Shown here: positions 30,266 to 39,702 of the stretch, piece by piece
Layout of the letters: each line of letters starts with the position of its first letter
Position numbering within the stretch: the first letter of the stretch is position 1
Source of the DNA: an uncultured delta proteobacterium
Lineage (GTDB): Bacteria > Desulfobacterota > Binatia > UBA9968
Reading direction: 5' to 3'
Length of the DNA stretch: 64,000 nucleotides
NCBI GenBank assembly: GCA_963755715.1
Contig: CAVWLW010000003.1
Span: 1-64,000, forward strand
Position numbers and translations under genes: made by a program
Notes under the pieces: generated by a model
Databases searched by the model: none
Seen by the model: only the letters and a program-made list of their open reading frames with translations
What the model was told of the DNA's origin: nothing

Positions 30266-31234
30266 ATGAAAGCGGACGGTAGCGGGATGGAGGAACCCAT
30301 CCTCCCCCATCCTTTAACTATTTCAGTTTGGCCGCACCGCATCGCCGTCATTCTCGTCGGCGCCACCTTTCCCCTCTTATTCATCGGCGGGCTCGTCACC
30401 GGCAAAGGCGCGGGACTGGCCGTGCCGGATTGGCCGACCAGTTTTGGCTACAACATGTTCCTTTATCCGTGGTCGAAAATGGTTGGCAATATTTTCTACG
30501 AGCATAGTCATCGGCTGGTGGCTTCCTTCGTCGGTTTATTGACGATCGGCTTGGCGCTGGCGTTGTGGTTGCGTGAGCCGCGCCCCTGGCTGCGCCGGCT
30601 CGGCCTTGCCGCGTTGGCATTGGTGATCCTTCAAGGTGTTCTTGGAGGTTTGCGTGTGGTGCTGCTGGAGCAAACTTTGGCGATCGTGCATGCGGCAACG
30701 GCGCAGCTCTTTTTTGCGCTGACGGTTTGCCTGGCGGTTTTCACGTCGGCCGGCTGGACTCATGGCGCCGTTGAGACGACGCTTAATGACGGCGGACGGT
30801 TGCGCCGCCTGGGCGCTGTCACCACGGCGCTTGTGTATGGGCAAATCGTCTTCGGCGCGGTGTTGCGCCATACCGGCGAACGGGTCGACGCCCATCTTAC
30901 TCTTGCCGCGCTAGTTACACTGCACGTAATTTTTATTATTATAAGGGTGATGAAAGATCATTCTACCCAACCGGGTCTGACCCGGCCGGCGCTGATGCTT
31001 TTCGCGCTCACGCTCGCGCAAATCGTGCTGGGAACGCTGTCCTACTTGGCGAAATTTACCGCCCTGTGGCGATTGCCTGTCGACGCGATTGTCTTGCTGA
31101 CGACGACGCATCTCGCGGTCGGCGCGCTGATGCTTGCCGCGGCTGTAACACTGACCTTGCGCGCCCATCGACTTTTGGCGCCGCCCAAGTTTGCCCGCGG
31201 CGAAAAGATCTTGACGGAGCAACTTTCCGTATGA
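30266..31234 (+). CDS. ctaA: Heme A synthase, COX15/CtaA family
   Basis: GLAVPDWP, YEHSHRL, QGVLGG, conserved His residues. Lacks the Cys pair. Confidence 0.85.
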   Translation: MKADGSGMEEPILPHPLTISVWPHRIAVILVGATFPLLFIGGLVTGKGAGLAVPDWPTSFGYNMFLYPWSKMVGNIFYEHSHRLVASFVGLLTIGLALALWLREPRPWLRRLGLAALALVILQGVLGGLRVVLLEQTLAIVHAATAQLFFALTVCLAVFTSAGWTHGAVETTLNDGGRLRRLGAVTTALVYGQIVFGAVLRHTGERVDAHLTLAALVTLHVIFIIIRVMKDHSTQPGLTRPALMLFALTLAQIVLGTLSYLAKFTALWRLPVDAIVLLTTTHLAVGALMLAAAVTLTLRAHRLLAPPKFARGEKILTEQLSV

Positions 31235-32136
31235 GCTCGACCACCGGGACCATCAATGCCGCGACGGTAAGCGCGAGCCGGCGGGCTGTCGACTTCTTTG
31301 AGCTGACTAAGCCGCGCATCGTTTTAATGGTGTTGATCACCGCCTTTGTCGGTTATTATGCCGGTTCCGGGCGCATCCCTGACTATCTGCAATTGCTGCA
31401 AATGTTGCTCGGCACAGCGCTCGCGGCCGGCGGCACGCTCACGTTGAATCAATTTATTGAGCGCGAGATCGACGCGAAAATGGAGCGCACGCGCCGGCGC
31501 CCACTGCCCGACGGCCGGGTGCAGCCGCAAGACGCGCTTTGGTTCGGTGTTTCGTTGACCCTTTTGGGCCTCGGTTATCTGGCGGCGGCCGTCAATTTAT
31601 TGAGCGCTGTTGTCGCGGCCGCCATTACCTTGAGTTATCTCTTGATCTATACGCCGATGAAGCGCGCCAGTTCGCTTTGTGTGCCAGTCGGCGCGATTCC
31701 CGGCGCCTTGCCGCCCGTGATCGGCTGGGTTGCCGCGCGCGGCGAGCTGTCTGTCGACGCGTGGGTGCTGTTTGCGATCATGTTTCTCTGGCAAATTCCG
31801 CATACGCTGGCCATCGCTTATCTTTATCGTGAAGATTTCGCCAAGGCTGGAATTCAGTTTCTGCCGGTGATCGAACCGGATGGCGACAGCACCAATCGCC
31901 AAATTCTCATCCACTGCGCCGCGCTGTTAGTCGTGAGCCTTCTGCCGACACTCATCGGTCTCGCCGGACCGAGCTACTTCGTCGTGGCTTTTCTGCTCGG
32001 TGCCGGCTTTCTTGCGAGCGGCGTCAGGCTCGTCCTTACGCCTACGCGTACGGGCGCGCGCCGACTGTTGTTTGCGTCGCTAATCTACCTTCCTGTTCTC
32101 TTGCTGGTGATGGCTTTGGACCGTGTGCCGATATGA
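31231..32136 (+). CDS. ctaB: Protoheme IX farnesyltransferase (heme O synthase)
   Basis: LTKPRI, DAKMERTRRRPLP, YTPMKR, GAIPGALPP, WQIPH. Confidence 0.95.
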   Translation: MSSTTGTINAATVSASRRAVDFFELTKPRIVLMVLITAFVGYYAGSGRIPDYLQLLQMLLGTALAAGGTLTLNQFIEREIDAKMERTRRRPLPDGRVQPQDALWFGVSLTLLGLGYLAAAVNLLSAVVAAAITLSYLLIYTPMKRASSLCVPVGAIPGALPPVIGWVAARGELSVDAWVLFAIMFLWQIPHTLAIAYLYREDFAKAGIQFLPVIEPDGDSTNRQILIHCAALLVVSLLPTLIGLAGPSYFVVAFLLGAGFLASGVRLVLTPTRTGARRLLFASLIYLPVLLLVMALDRVPI

Positions 32137-32258
32137 ACGAGCAGATTATGGAACCGCCGGAAGGAATTGACACGCGCAACCGACGTCTCGGTTTCGCGTT
32201 GGCCATTTTGGCCGTGTCGTATATCATTGCGGTGATAGTTTTCATCATTATGAGATGA
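32133..32258 (+). CDS. 41-aa single-TM protein in the cox operon (not in the ORF track)
   Basis: MNEQIMEPPEGIDTRNRRLGFALAILAVSYIIAVIVFIIMR*. ATGA overlap with the ctaB stop. Confidence 0.65.
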   Translation: MNEQIMEPPEGIDTRNRRLGFALAILAVSYIIAVIVFIIMR

Positions 32259-32273
32259 CACGACCGTTGGTCC

Positions 32274-32939
32274 ATGGCTAAGAGTTCAACAGCGCGCAAA
32301 TTAGATGACGCACCGCTGGTTCAAGCGGACCGGCGACCTGCGTTCGGTGGCGGTGGGCCACCGGCGCCGCCGGTTCGGCCCAATACACCGATCGCCAACA
32401 ATGCTTGGCTCGCAGTCCTTATGTTGTTGGGCGCGGAGGCGATGTTTTTTGCCGGCCTGATCGGCGCGTTTTTGGTTTTCCGCATCGCCAGTCCCGTCTG
32501 GCCGCCGCCGTTTCAGCCGCGCCTGCCGACCGCGGTTACCGCGATTAATACGCTGATTTTACTTGCCAGCGCGGTAACGATCCGGCTCGGAATGAGAGCG
32601 AATCAACGTGGCGACCGCGCGCGTCTGGTGCGTTTGCTGTTATGGACCGCCGCAGCGGGCACGAGTTTTTTATTGATTCAAGGGTTCGAGTGGTTTCGCC
32701 TGATTCATTTTGGCTTGACCGTGTCGAGCAGCGTCTACGGCGGTTTGTTTTACACGATTATCGGCTGTCACGGCTTGCATGTTTTCGGCGCGTTAATCTG
32801 GTTGGTTGTCGTGTGGCAAAAGGCGAGAGCCGGAAAGTACACGCGGCAGAATTACGTCGGTTTACAAACTTGCGGCATGTATTGGACATTCGTTGTGGGT
32901 TTGTGGCCCGTCCTCTATGGGCTCGTTTATCTCTATTAA
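32274..32939 (+). CDS. coxC: Cytochrome c oxidase subunit III family protein (first copy)
   Basis: EAMFFAGL, NTLILLAS, Q..EW, GCHGLHV, YWTFV. Confidence 0.85.
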   Translation: MAKSSTARKLDDAPLVQADRRPAFGGGGPPAPPVRPNTPIANNAWLAVLMLLGAEAMFFAGLIGAFLVFRIASPVWPPPFQPRLPTAVTAINTLILLASAVTIRLGMRANQRGDRARLVRLLLWTAAAGTSFLLIQGFEWFRLIHFGLTVSSSVYGGLFYTIIGCHGLHVFGALIWLVVVWQKARAGKYTRQNYVGLQTCGMYWTFVVGLWPVLYGLVYLY

Positions 32940-32948
32940 GCGATTTGG

Positions 32949-33281
32949 TTGACACTCCAGAATCGATACGTTAATTTGCGGTTGATTATTCCGATGCTTA
33001 GAAAAATTCATTGCATCATGATGGCGGCCGGCTTTACGTTGCTTGCGCGGACGGCAACGACGTGGGCTTGCGCCGTTTGTCTCGGCGGCGAGAGTGATTC
33101 ATTGACGGACGGCTTTAAGGCCAGCGTGCTATTTCTCATGGCGACGCCTTATCTCGTCGTCGGCTCGATCGTCTGTGGGCTCATTTTCAATTACCGGCGA
33201 GCACTGAAAAAGCGCGAGAAGTCGGAAACACTCGAGCCCATCGGTCACTTAGCATGGAATCAGGAGGATAGCGTTAGATGA
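32949..33281 (+). CDS. Small membrane protein with signal peptide and ACAVC motif
   Basis: WACAVCLGG followed by one TM. Stop overlaps the next ATG. Start uncertain (may be 32994 or 33018). Confidence 0.6.
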   Translation: MTLQNRYVNLRLIIPMLRKIHCIMMAAGFTLLARTATTWACAVCLGGESDSLTDGFKASVLFLMATPYLVVGSIVCGLIFNYRRALKKREKSETLEPIGHLAWNQEDSVR

Positions 33282-33886
33282 GTGAAGTTGCGGCAGCGCA
33301 CTTGGAAGTGGAGCCCCAAGAATCGCCCTTGACCCCCGAGAGTTGGGGCAAACTGGGCATGTGGCTGTTCCTCGCCGGCGACGCCATGTCGTTTGGCTGT
33401 TTGATCGTCGGTTACGGGATTTTGCGCCATGCCAGTAGTAATTGGCCGGTGCCTAAAGACGTGCTGGGAATTAATCTCACGGCGTTTATGACGTTTCTAC
33501 TGATCGTTAGCAGCGTCTGGATGGTGCTGGCGTTAGAAGCGATTCAGGAAAACAACAAAGCCCGGTTCAATAAGTTTCTCGGTCTGACGATTTTGGGCGG
33601 TGCGATGTTCTTGGGGTGCCAGGCTTACGAGTGGACTCACCTGCTCGGTCATCGGTTACCCGAACTCGGCATCTCATTTTCCAGCAGTCTCTTCGCCTCG
33701 ACGTTTTTTATTCTGACGGGTTTTCACGGCATGCACGTGACCGGTGGGGTAATTTACAATACCTCCGTGCTGGCGGCGGTCAACCGCGGCCGCTATCAAG
33801 CGAAACACGTTGAGATCGCCGGCCTCTACTGGCACTTCGTCGACTTGGTGTGGATATTGATTTTTACGTTTGTTTATCTACTGTAA
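33278..33886 (+). CDS. coxC: Cytochrome c oxidase subunit III family protein (second copy)
   Basis: KLGMWLFLAGD, TGFHGMHV, GLYWHFVDLVW. Confidence 0.9.
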   Translation: MSEVAAAHLEVEPQESPLTPESWGKLGMWLFLAGDAMSFGCLIVGYGILRHASSNWPVPKDVLGINLTAFMTFLLIVSSVWMVLALEAIQENNKARFNKFLGLTILGGAMFLGCQAYEWTHLLGHRLPELGISFSSSLFASTFFILTGFHGMHVTGGVIYNTSVLAAVNRGRYQAKHVEIAGLYWHFVDLVWILIFTFVYLL

Positions 33887-33905
33887 TCCGTTTCGGGAGA
33901 GCGAG

Positions 33906-34184
33906 ATGTCATCGACCACACACTCCAGTGCCCAATACATCAAGATTTTCTATATCCTCCTGGCGCTCACCGTCATCGAGGTCGCGATCGTTTACTTGGG
34001 CTTACCGAAAATGCTGCTCGCCGCGCTGTTGGTGATCTTCGCGGTGTGGAAGGCCGCTTTGGTGGCGATGCATTTCATGCATCTTAAGTTCGAGAAAAGA
34101 ACTTTGGCAGTGGTCGCTCTGGTGCCCTTTGTTCTGTGCGTTTTCTTGATCCTGATGCTGATGCCGGACATCTTTCCCCATTGA
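33906..34184 (+). CDS. Cytochrome c oxidase subunit IV family
   Basis: LLALTVIEV, KAALVAMHFMHLKFE. Confidence 0.88.
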   Translation: MSSTTHSSAQYIKIFYILLALTVIEVAIVYLGLPKMLLAALLVIFAVWKAALVAMHFMHLKFEKRTLAVVALVPFVLCVFLILMLMPDIFPH

Positions 34185-34609
34185 TTGCCATTTCCGAGCT
34201 TCCGAGTTTGAATGCGGCGCTGAATAGTCTCAGCGCCGTTTTTCTTTTTGCCGGTTTTCTCTTCATCAAGTCGGGCAACCAAAATGCCCATCGGAACTGC
34301 ATGTTGACGGCATTCGCCTGCTCGATATTATTTTTGACTTCCTATCTCGTTTATCACTATCACGTGGGCTCCGTGCCGTTTAAGGGCCAGGGTTGGATTC
34401 GCCCCGTCTATTTCACGATTCTCCTGACCCATACCATCCTCGCGGTAACCGTGGTGCCGCTGGCGCTCATCACGTTGCGCCGCGCCTGGCGGGAAAATTT
34501 TCCGGCGCATCGGCGCATCGCGCGCTGGACATTTCCGATCTGGCTTTACGTTTCCGTCACCGGAGTGATCGTTTATTGGATGCTCTATTGGCTGGTGCCG
34601 TCGCGTTGA
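34181..34609 (+). CDS. DUF420 (CtaM/YozB-like) oxidase assembly protein
   Basis: LPSLNAALN, HRNCM, FLTSYL, HTILA, HRRIARWTFPIWLYVSVTGV. Confidence 0.9.
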   Translation: MIAISELPSLNAALNSLSAVFLFAGFLFIKSGNQNAHRNCMLTAFACSILFLTSYLVYHYHVGSVPFKGQGWIRPVYFTILLTHTILAVTVVPLALITLRRAWRENFPAHRRIARWTFPIWLYVSVTGVIVYWMLYWLVPSR

Positions 34610-34653
34610 CAGCGGAAAAGCCTTCACGATAAACCGGAAGGCCTGGAGGGACG

Positions 34654-35454
34654 ATGAAATCCATTGGCATCGTGGGTTGTGGGGCCATCGGTAAGGCGCT
34701 GATTCAAGCCGCCGAAGCGGGCAAGCTCTCGGTGCGCATCGCCGGCGTCACCAGCCGAACGGAAAAAAGCGCGCGCGAGTTTCTCGCGGCATTTAAAAAT
34801 CCGCCGCCGTATTTGTCGTTGGTCGAACTGATCAACGCCGGCGATTTGATTGTCGAAGCCGCCGGTGGCGCTGTCGTCCCGGAACTGGCGAAGAAAGCTT
34901 TCGCAGCGGGTAAAGATTTGATGGTGATCAGCGTCGGCGCGCTGCTGGATCATCCCGAGATTATGGCGGAGTCGCGGCGCACCGGTTGCCGTTTGTATGT
35001 TCCGTCGGGAGCGATCGCTGGGTTGGACGGCATCAAGTCCGCTTCCGTCGGTCAGATTACCCATGTGACACACACCGCGCGCAAGCCTCCGGTCGGGCTC
35101 GAAGGCGCGCCGTACTTGATCGAGCATGGGATTTCTTTGGCCGGGTTGCGCGAAGAAAAAGAAGTATTTTCCGGCTCGGCGCGCGAAGCCTGCCGCGGCT
35201 TTCCGGCCAACGTCAACGTGACGGGAGCGGTCAGTTTGGCCGGCATCGGCCCCGATCAAACGCGCGTGCGAATCCTGGCCGTGCCGGGACTGGCGCGAAA
35301 TTGCCACGACATCGAGGTCGAAGGCGAGTTCGGCCGGCTGCACGTGCATCTCGAAAATATCCCGAGCGAGAATCCGAAAACCGGCAAGCTCACGGCGTTG
35401 TCGATCATTCGCGCCGTGCAAGACGCCGTCGATACGGTGCGCATCGGGAATTAA
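34654..35454 (+). CDS. nadX: L-aspartate dehydrogenase
   Basis: GCGAIG, VEAAG, SVGAL, PSGAIAGLD, FPANVNV, NPKTG. Confidence 0.9.
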   Translation: MKSIGIVGCGAIGKALIQAAEAGKLSVRIAGVTSRTEKSAREFLAAFKNPPPYLSLVELINAGDLIVEAAGGAVVPELAKKAFAAGKDLMVISVGALLDHPEIMAESRRTGCRLYVPSGAIAGLDGIKSASVGQITHVTHTARKPPVGLEGAPYLIEHGISLAGLREEKEVFSGSAREACRGFPANVNVTGAVSLAGIGPDQTRVRILAVPGLARNCHDIEVEGEFGRLHVHLENIPSENPKTGKLTALSIIRAVQDAVDTVRIGN

Positions 35455-35532
35455 GGTCGCGGATCCTCGACTAGGTTTTGCCGAGGCATCTCGCGCCAAG
35501 GCGCTAAGCACGCCAGGTATAAAATCTAAACG

Positions 35533-37128
35533 ATGAACAACAGCGACATCATCGTTCACACGCTGCAAGAAGCCGGAGTGCGCTGGGTTTTCGGCGTGCC
35601 GAGCGGGCCGGTATTGCCGCTGATCGAGGCACTCAGGCAGAGTCCCATCCAGTTTGTTCTTACCGCGAGCGAAACATCGGCCGGATTCATGGCTACCGCG
35701 GTAGGTTACCTTACTGGAGTTCCGGGCGTGTGCGTATCGACTGTTGGGCCCGGTGCCACCAATCTCACGACTGGCGTCGGCTGCGCCTGGTTGGACCGCG
35801 CGCCGGTGCTGGCGATTACCTGCAATGTCGCGACTCCGTGGCTCGAGCGGCGGATTCAAATGCGCATCGACCATCATATGTTGTTCAAACCGCTGACCAA
35901 AGCGACTTTGTCTTTGCGTGACAATCCCGTCCGCGCCACGATCGCGCAGGCACTCGCGATGGCGTGCACTGAACCGCCGGGCCCGGTGCATCTCGACCTG
36001 CCCGAAGACATTGCGCTGTCGGTGCAAAGCGACTTCACTGCGGCGCCGGTACAGGCGAGCGGTCTTGCGGATCTTTCGGATGAAATCGTGCGGACTGTGA
36101 GTGTTGCATTGGCGCGCTCGCACCGCCCGTTGTTGATCACCGGGTTGAGTTTCACGCGCAGCCGAGCGGCGGCTGAATTACTCAAGTTCGTCGAGCGGCA
36201 AAAATTGCCTTTTGTCGAGACCATGCACGCCAAGGGATTTTTGCCGGAAAATCACACGCATTGGGCCGGCGTTATCGGCCGCGCCCGGCGCTCCGACGTG
36301 AAGCGCTTTACGGACCAAGCGGATCTGATCATCGCGGTGGGTTACGATCCGATCGAGATCAATTATGAGGACTGGGCTCGGAACACGCCCATCATCCACA
36401 TCAACACGGAAGCCGCCGAGCCGGGAGATGGGTTGAAATTTCTCTGGAACAAATCCTGTGATCTCGACGCAGCGATCGAGGCGATTGCTGGAATCGAGGC
36501 GTCCGCCAACGATTGGTCGGCTGAGGAGTGGCAAAAGCACCGATCGTTGCTCGATCGGGCTTTGCGTCCGGATGGCGCAGATTTCGCGGCGCACCAGGTT
36601 TTGGACGTCTTGCGCGACAAATTTCCACGGGACGGCATTCTCGCCTACGACGTCGGCGCGCACACCCATCAAATCGCCTCGCAATGGCGCACGGATGTGC
36701 CGCGCACGCTGTTGTCGACCAACGGCTGGTCTTCGATGGGCTACGGCATGCCCGCGGCCTACGCGGCAAAGCTGGTTCATCCCGAGCGCGCCGTCGTTGC
36801 GATCGTCGGCGATGGCGGTTTTCAGATGACCGCCGGCGAGTTGTCGCTGGCGCGGCGTTTGAATTTGGCCGTGCCGCTGATCATTCTCAACGACGGCTGG
36901 CTCGGCTTGATGAAAGTGAAGCAGGAACGAAAAAATTATGCGCTTTCCGGCGTTCACCTCGGCGCGCCGCCCGAGTCGCCGGCGCATTACTTCGGCGTTC
37001 CCTGCCGGCCGGCGAAAAACCTCGATGAATTCAGCTCCGCGCTCGATTGGGCGTTCGCCATCGATGGCCCAACCGTCATCGAAGCGTTTATCGACGCCGG
37101 CGCTTACTCTGCGACGGTTTTCGATTGA
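35533..37128 (+). CDS. Thiamine-diphosphate-dependent enzyme (acetolactate synthase-like)
   Basis: VFGVP, GPGATN, PGPVHLDLP, SMGYGMPAA, GDGGF. Confidence 0.88.
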   Translation: MNNSDIIVHTLQEAGVRWVFGVPSGPVLPLIEALRQSPIQFVLTASETSAGFMATAVGYLTGVPGVCVSTVGPGATNLTTGVGCAWLDRAPVLAITCNVATPWLERRIQMRIDHHMLFKPLTKATLSLRDNPVRATIAQALAMACTEPPGPVHLDLPEDIALSVQSDFTAAPVQASGLADLSDEIVRTVSVALARSHRPLLITGLSFTRSRAAAELLKFVERQKLPFVETMHAKGFLPENHTHWAGVIGRARRSDVKRFTDQADLIIAVGYDPIEINYEDWARNTPIIHINTEAAEPGDGLKFLWNKSCDLDAAIEAIAGIEASANDWSAEEWQKHRSLLDRALRPDGADFAAHQVLDVLRDKFPRDGILAYDVGAHTHQIASQWRTDVPRTLLSTNGWSSMGYGMPAAYAAKLVHPERAVVAIVGDGGFQMTAGELSLARRLNLAVPLIILNDGWLGLMKVKQERKNYALSGVHLGAPPESPAHYFGVPCRPAKNLDEFSSALDWAFAIDGPTVIEAFIDAGAYSATVFD

Positions 37129-37143
37129 GCCACGCGGTTCTCG

Positions 37144-38370
37144 ATGACCGTACCCGCACCGGCGCGCGAGCGCTTTCGTTGGACTATCCTGGCGCTGATC
37201 AGTGTCTCTCATATCATCGGCGCGTCGGCCCAGTATGGCATCAACACGCTGGCGCCATTTTACAAAGACGAGCTCGGCCTCTCACGCGCGCAAGTCGGTT
37301 TGTTCTTCTCGGCTTTTTATTTGGCGATGACCGGGGCGTCTTTCGCCACCGGCTGGCTCGCCGACCGTTTCGGCGTGCGCCGGACGACGTGGCAGGGACA
37401 TTTCCTATTAGGAATTTGCATCGTCGCCGCGGCATTGTCGCCGTCATTCTGGACCGCCTGCATCAGTTTCTTTCTCGCCGGCTGCGGCTACAGCTTTCTC
37501 AATCCCGCTTCGACCATCGGCGTGATGGCTTGGTTTCGGCGCGACGAGCGCGCCACCGCGATGGGTATCAAACAAACCGGAGTTCCGGCCGGCGGAGTGG
37601 TCGCCGCGGCTTTAGCGCCTTCGCTCGTGCTCGTGATCGGCTGGCGCGGTGCGCTGGCCGCGCTCGGGATCGTCAATTTTCTTTTTGGATTTATCTTCGC
37701 TTCGCTATGGCGCGATCCGAGCGATGACAAACAGGATCCGTCCACGGCCGAAACGGTCATCACGGAAAAAAATCCTTTGGATATTTGGCGGCTCCTGCCG
37801 CTGGGTTGCGCCACGGGGATCTATCTAATCGGCCAGATGGTTTTGCTCACCTACGTGCCGCTCTATTTGAAAGATGTCATGGGTTTTTCGCCTCACTCGG
37901 CAAGTCAAGCGCTTGCTTTGACGCAAGCGGGAGCGATGGTCGGAAGGACCGGCTGGGGCTTTATGAGCGACCGCTTATTCGGCGGCCGGCGCAAAATCGT
38001 CTTGATCTGGATCGGCGTGATGTCGGTCGCGCTGATCGCCGCGCTGAGTGTGATGGAGCGCGGATCGTCCTACTATTTACTGTTGGCGATTCTCTTTTTT
38101 GCCGGCGTCTCGATCGTCGGCTATCAGGGCGTGTCCTATGCGCTCATCGGCGAGATTTCCGGCAAGGCGCGAACCGGCGCAGGCTTGGGCATGATGATTA
38201 CCATCAACTCCGGCGCGGCGACGCTGGGCACGCCCGTGTTTGGCTACATCGTCGATCGTACCGGCTCCTATGCGCTGGGCTGGCAAATTCTCGCGGCCCT
38301 ATTGACCGCCGGCATTATCGCCTTGGCTCTTTTGTTAAAAGAGCCGCCACCGGATCCTTCGCGACCGTAA
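37144..38370 (+). CDS. MFS transporter
   Basis: GWLADRFGVRR motif A, ERATAMGIKQTG, about 12 TM. Confidence 0.9.
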   Translation: MTVPAPARERFRWTILALISVSHIIGASAQYGINTLAPFYKDELGLSRAQVGLFFSAFYLAMTGASFATGWLADRFGVRRTTWQGHFLLGICIVAAALSPSFWTACISFFLAGCGYSFLNPASTIGVMAWFRRDERATAMGIKQTGVPAGGVVAAALAPSLVLVIGWRGALAALGIVNFLFGFIFASLWRDPSDDKQDPSTAETVITEKNPLDIWRLLPLGCATGIYLIGQMVLLTYVPLYLKDVMGFSPHSASQALALTQAGAMVGRTGWGFMSDRLFGGRRKIVLIWIGVMSVALIAALSVMERGSSYYLLLAILFFAGVSIVGYQGVSYALIGEISGKARTGAGLGMMITINSGAATLGTPVFGYIVDRTGSYALGWQILAALLTAGIIALALLLKEPPPDPSRP

Positions 38371-38459
38371 GCCCGCGTGGTTTGCTCGCCTTCCTCCGGT
38401 GTTAGTCTGGCATCATCGAAGCCACTTTACGCAGCGGTTTTAAAGCCAACGGAGGTTCT

Positions 38460-38814
38460 ATGGCCGGCGAAAACTTTCGTATCGAACGAGACTCGATGGG
38501 CGAGGTGAAGGTGCCGAGCGAAGCTTATTACGGCGCGCAGACGCAGCGTGCGGTCGAAAACTTCCCAGTGAGCGGCATCGGTTTTCCGCGCCAATTCATC
38601 CGCGTGCTTGACGATCCGGGCTGGGTGTCGGGAAGATGGATCTCGCCGATGGCCGGCGATCGGTTACGAAAAAGCCGCCAAGTTAGCGCAGCGAGCGATG
38701 GCGAGCGGCCAGACCATCAGAGAACTGGCGCAGCAGGAAAAAGTACTTGGAGATGACGAATTGGCAAAGATCCTCGATCCATGGCGCATGACGCAGCCGG
38801 GGATCGAGGATTAG
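38460..38814 (+). pseudogene. fumC: Class II fumarase/aspartase-family remnant with a large internal deletion
   Basis: N-terminus [11 protein letters not shown]...[13 protein letters not shown] is joined to C-terminus [10 protein letters not shown]...LDPWRMTQP through a 45-bp inverted piece of the same gene. Confidence 0.88.
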
Positions 38815-38992
38815 TCAGAGAGCCAGAGCGAAGCGCCAGTTCATTTTGTCGCTGTCCACTTTACTCAAGGGGCCAGGGCACAATAGGAAAAAACCTACAT
38901 GTAAGTAAAATGCAGACAAAGAGCCTTTTAAAGCACCTATTTAACAATATGTCTTCCTTGCTAAAACAACGAGTTACGACTATTTTCCGACT

Positions 38993-39008
38993 TGGCACAT
39001 GGCTTGAT
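38993..39008 (+). promoter_or_regulatory. Candidate sigma-54 promoter (variant -12 element)
   Basis: TGGCAC-ATGGC-TTGAT. A sigma-54 activator gene lies 0.7 kb downstream. Confidence 0.4.
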
Positions 39009-39115
39009 ACAACTTAAGCATTGTTGCCAAAAGGCCGCGTGGGAGGGCTCGATCCTTACTAACTACGGCCTGTGGGTTTCGACAGAGGTGACTTTCCAAT
39101 CACGCGGGGGGAGTT

Positions 39116-39340
39116 ATGAAAGCGGCTACAATCATAGGCATCGCGCTTATCATTCTAGGGATCGTCGCTCTCGCTTATCGGGGAATTACTTATACCCAGC
39201 GTGAGAAGATTGTCGATATCGGCCCTCTACAAGCTACCGCGGACCGCGAAAAAACTATTCCACTGCCTCCGATATTAGGAGGACTGTCCCTGGTTGGCGG
39301 TATCGTGCTGGTGATTGTCGGGTCGAAATCGAGGTCGTAA
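39116..39340 (+). CDS. Small two-TM protein (DUF3185-like)
   Basis: IIGIALIILGIVALAY.GITYT.REKIVDIGPLQAT...IPLPPILGG. Confidence 0.75.
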   Translation: MKAATIIGIALIILGIVALAYRGITYTQREKIVDIGPLQATADREKTIPLPPILGGLSLVGGIVLVIVGSKSRS

Positions 39341-39702
39341 CTGTTCTAGCTACTTGCGGCAAGTTTTTACAGTGACGACTGCTGAATTGGCAACACAATT
39401 TAAGTAAGCATAGTTTGAGCCATTTTAAGCAGCATGCTGTGACACAATTCATCAGAACAAATAATCGTGGTGCGGTAACCCGTTTGGGTACGTTGCCGTC
39501 CATTCCGACGCTGCAATTTTGACGTGCAGTCGGAAGAGAGCGTAGGCCATAGTGGCGGTCGCGCATGAATATACACGTCGGCGCTCGTGCAGTCGTTTCA
39601 ACGCATCAAACTTTCGACGACTATCGAATGTTAAAAAATTAGTGGAGTATTCTCGGCTCGCAGGCGCGGAAAGCGCTATCTTTAAATAACCGGAGAGGCT
39701 GT

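Noticed and set aside
34624-36123. Long antisense ORFs (499 aa here; also 21478..22782, 61409..62566, 58059..59006)
   Set aside because: Shadow frames opposite well-supported genes in GC-rich DNA, with no recognisable motifs.
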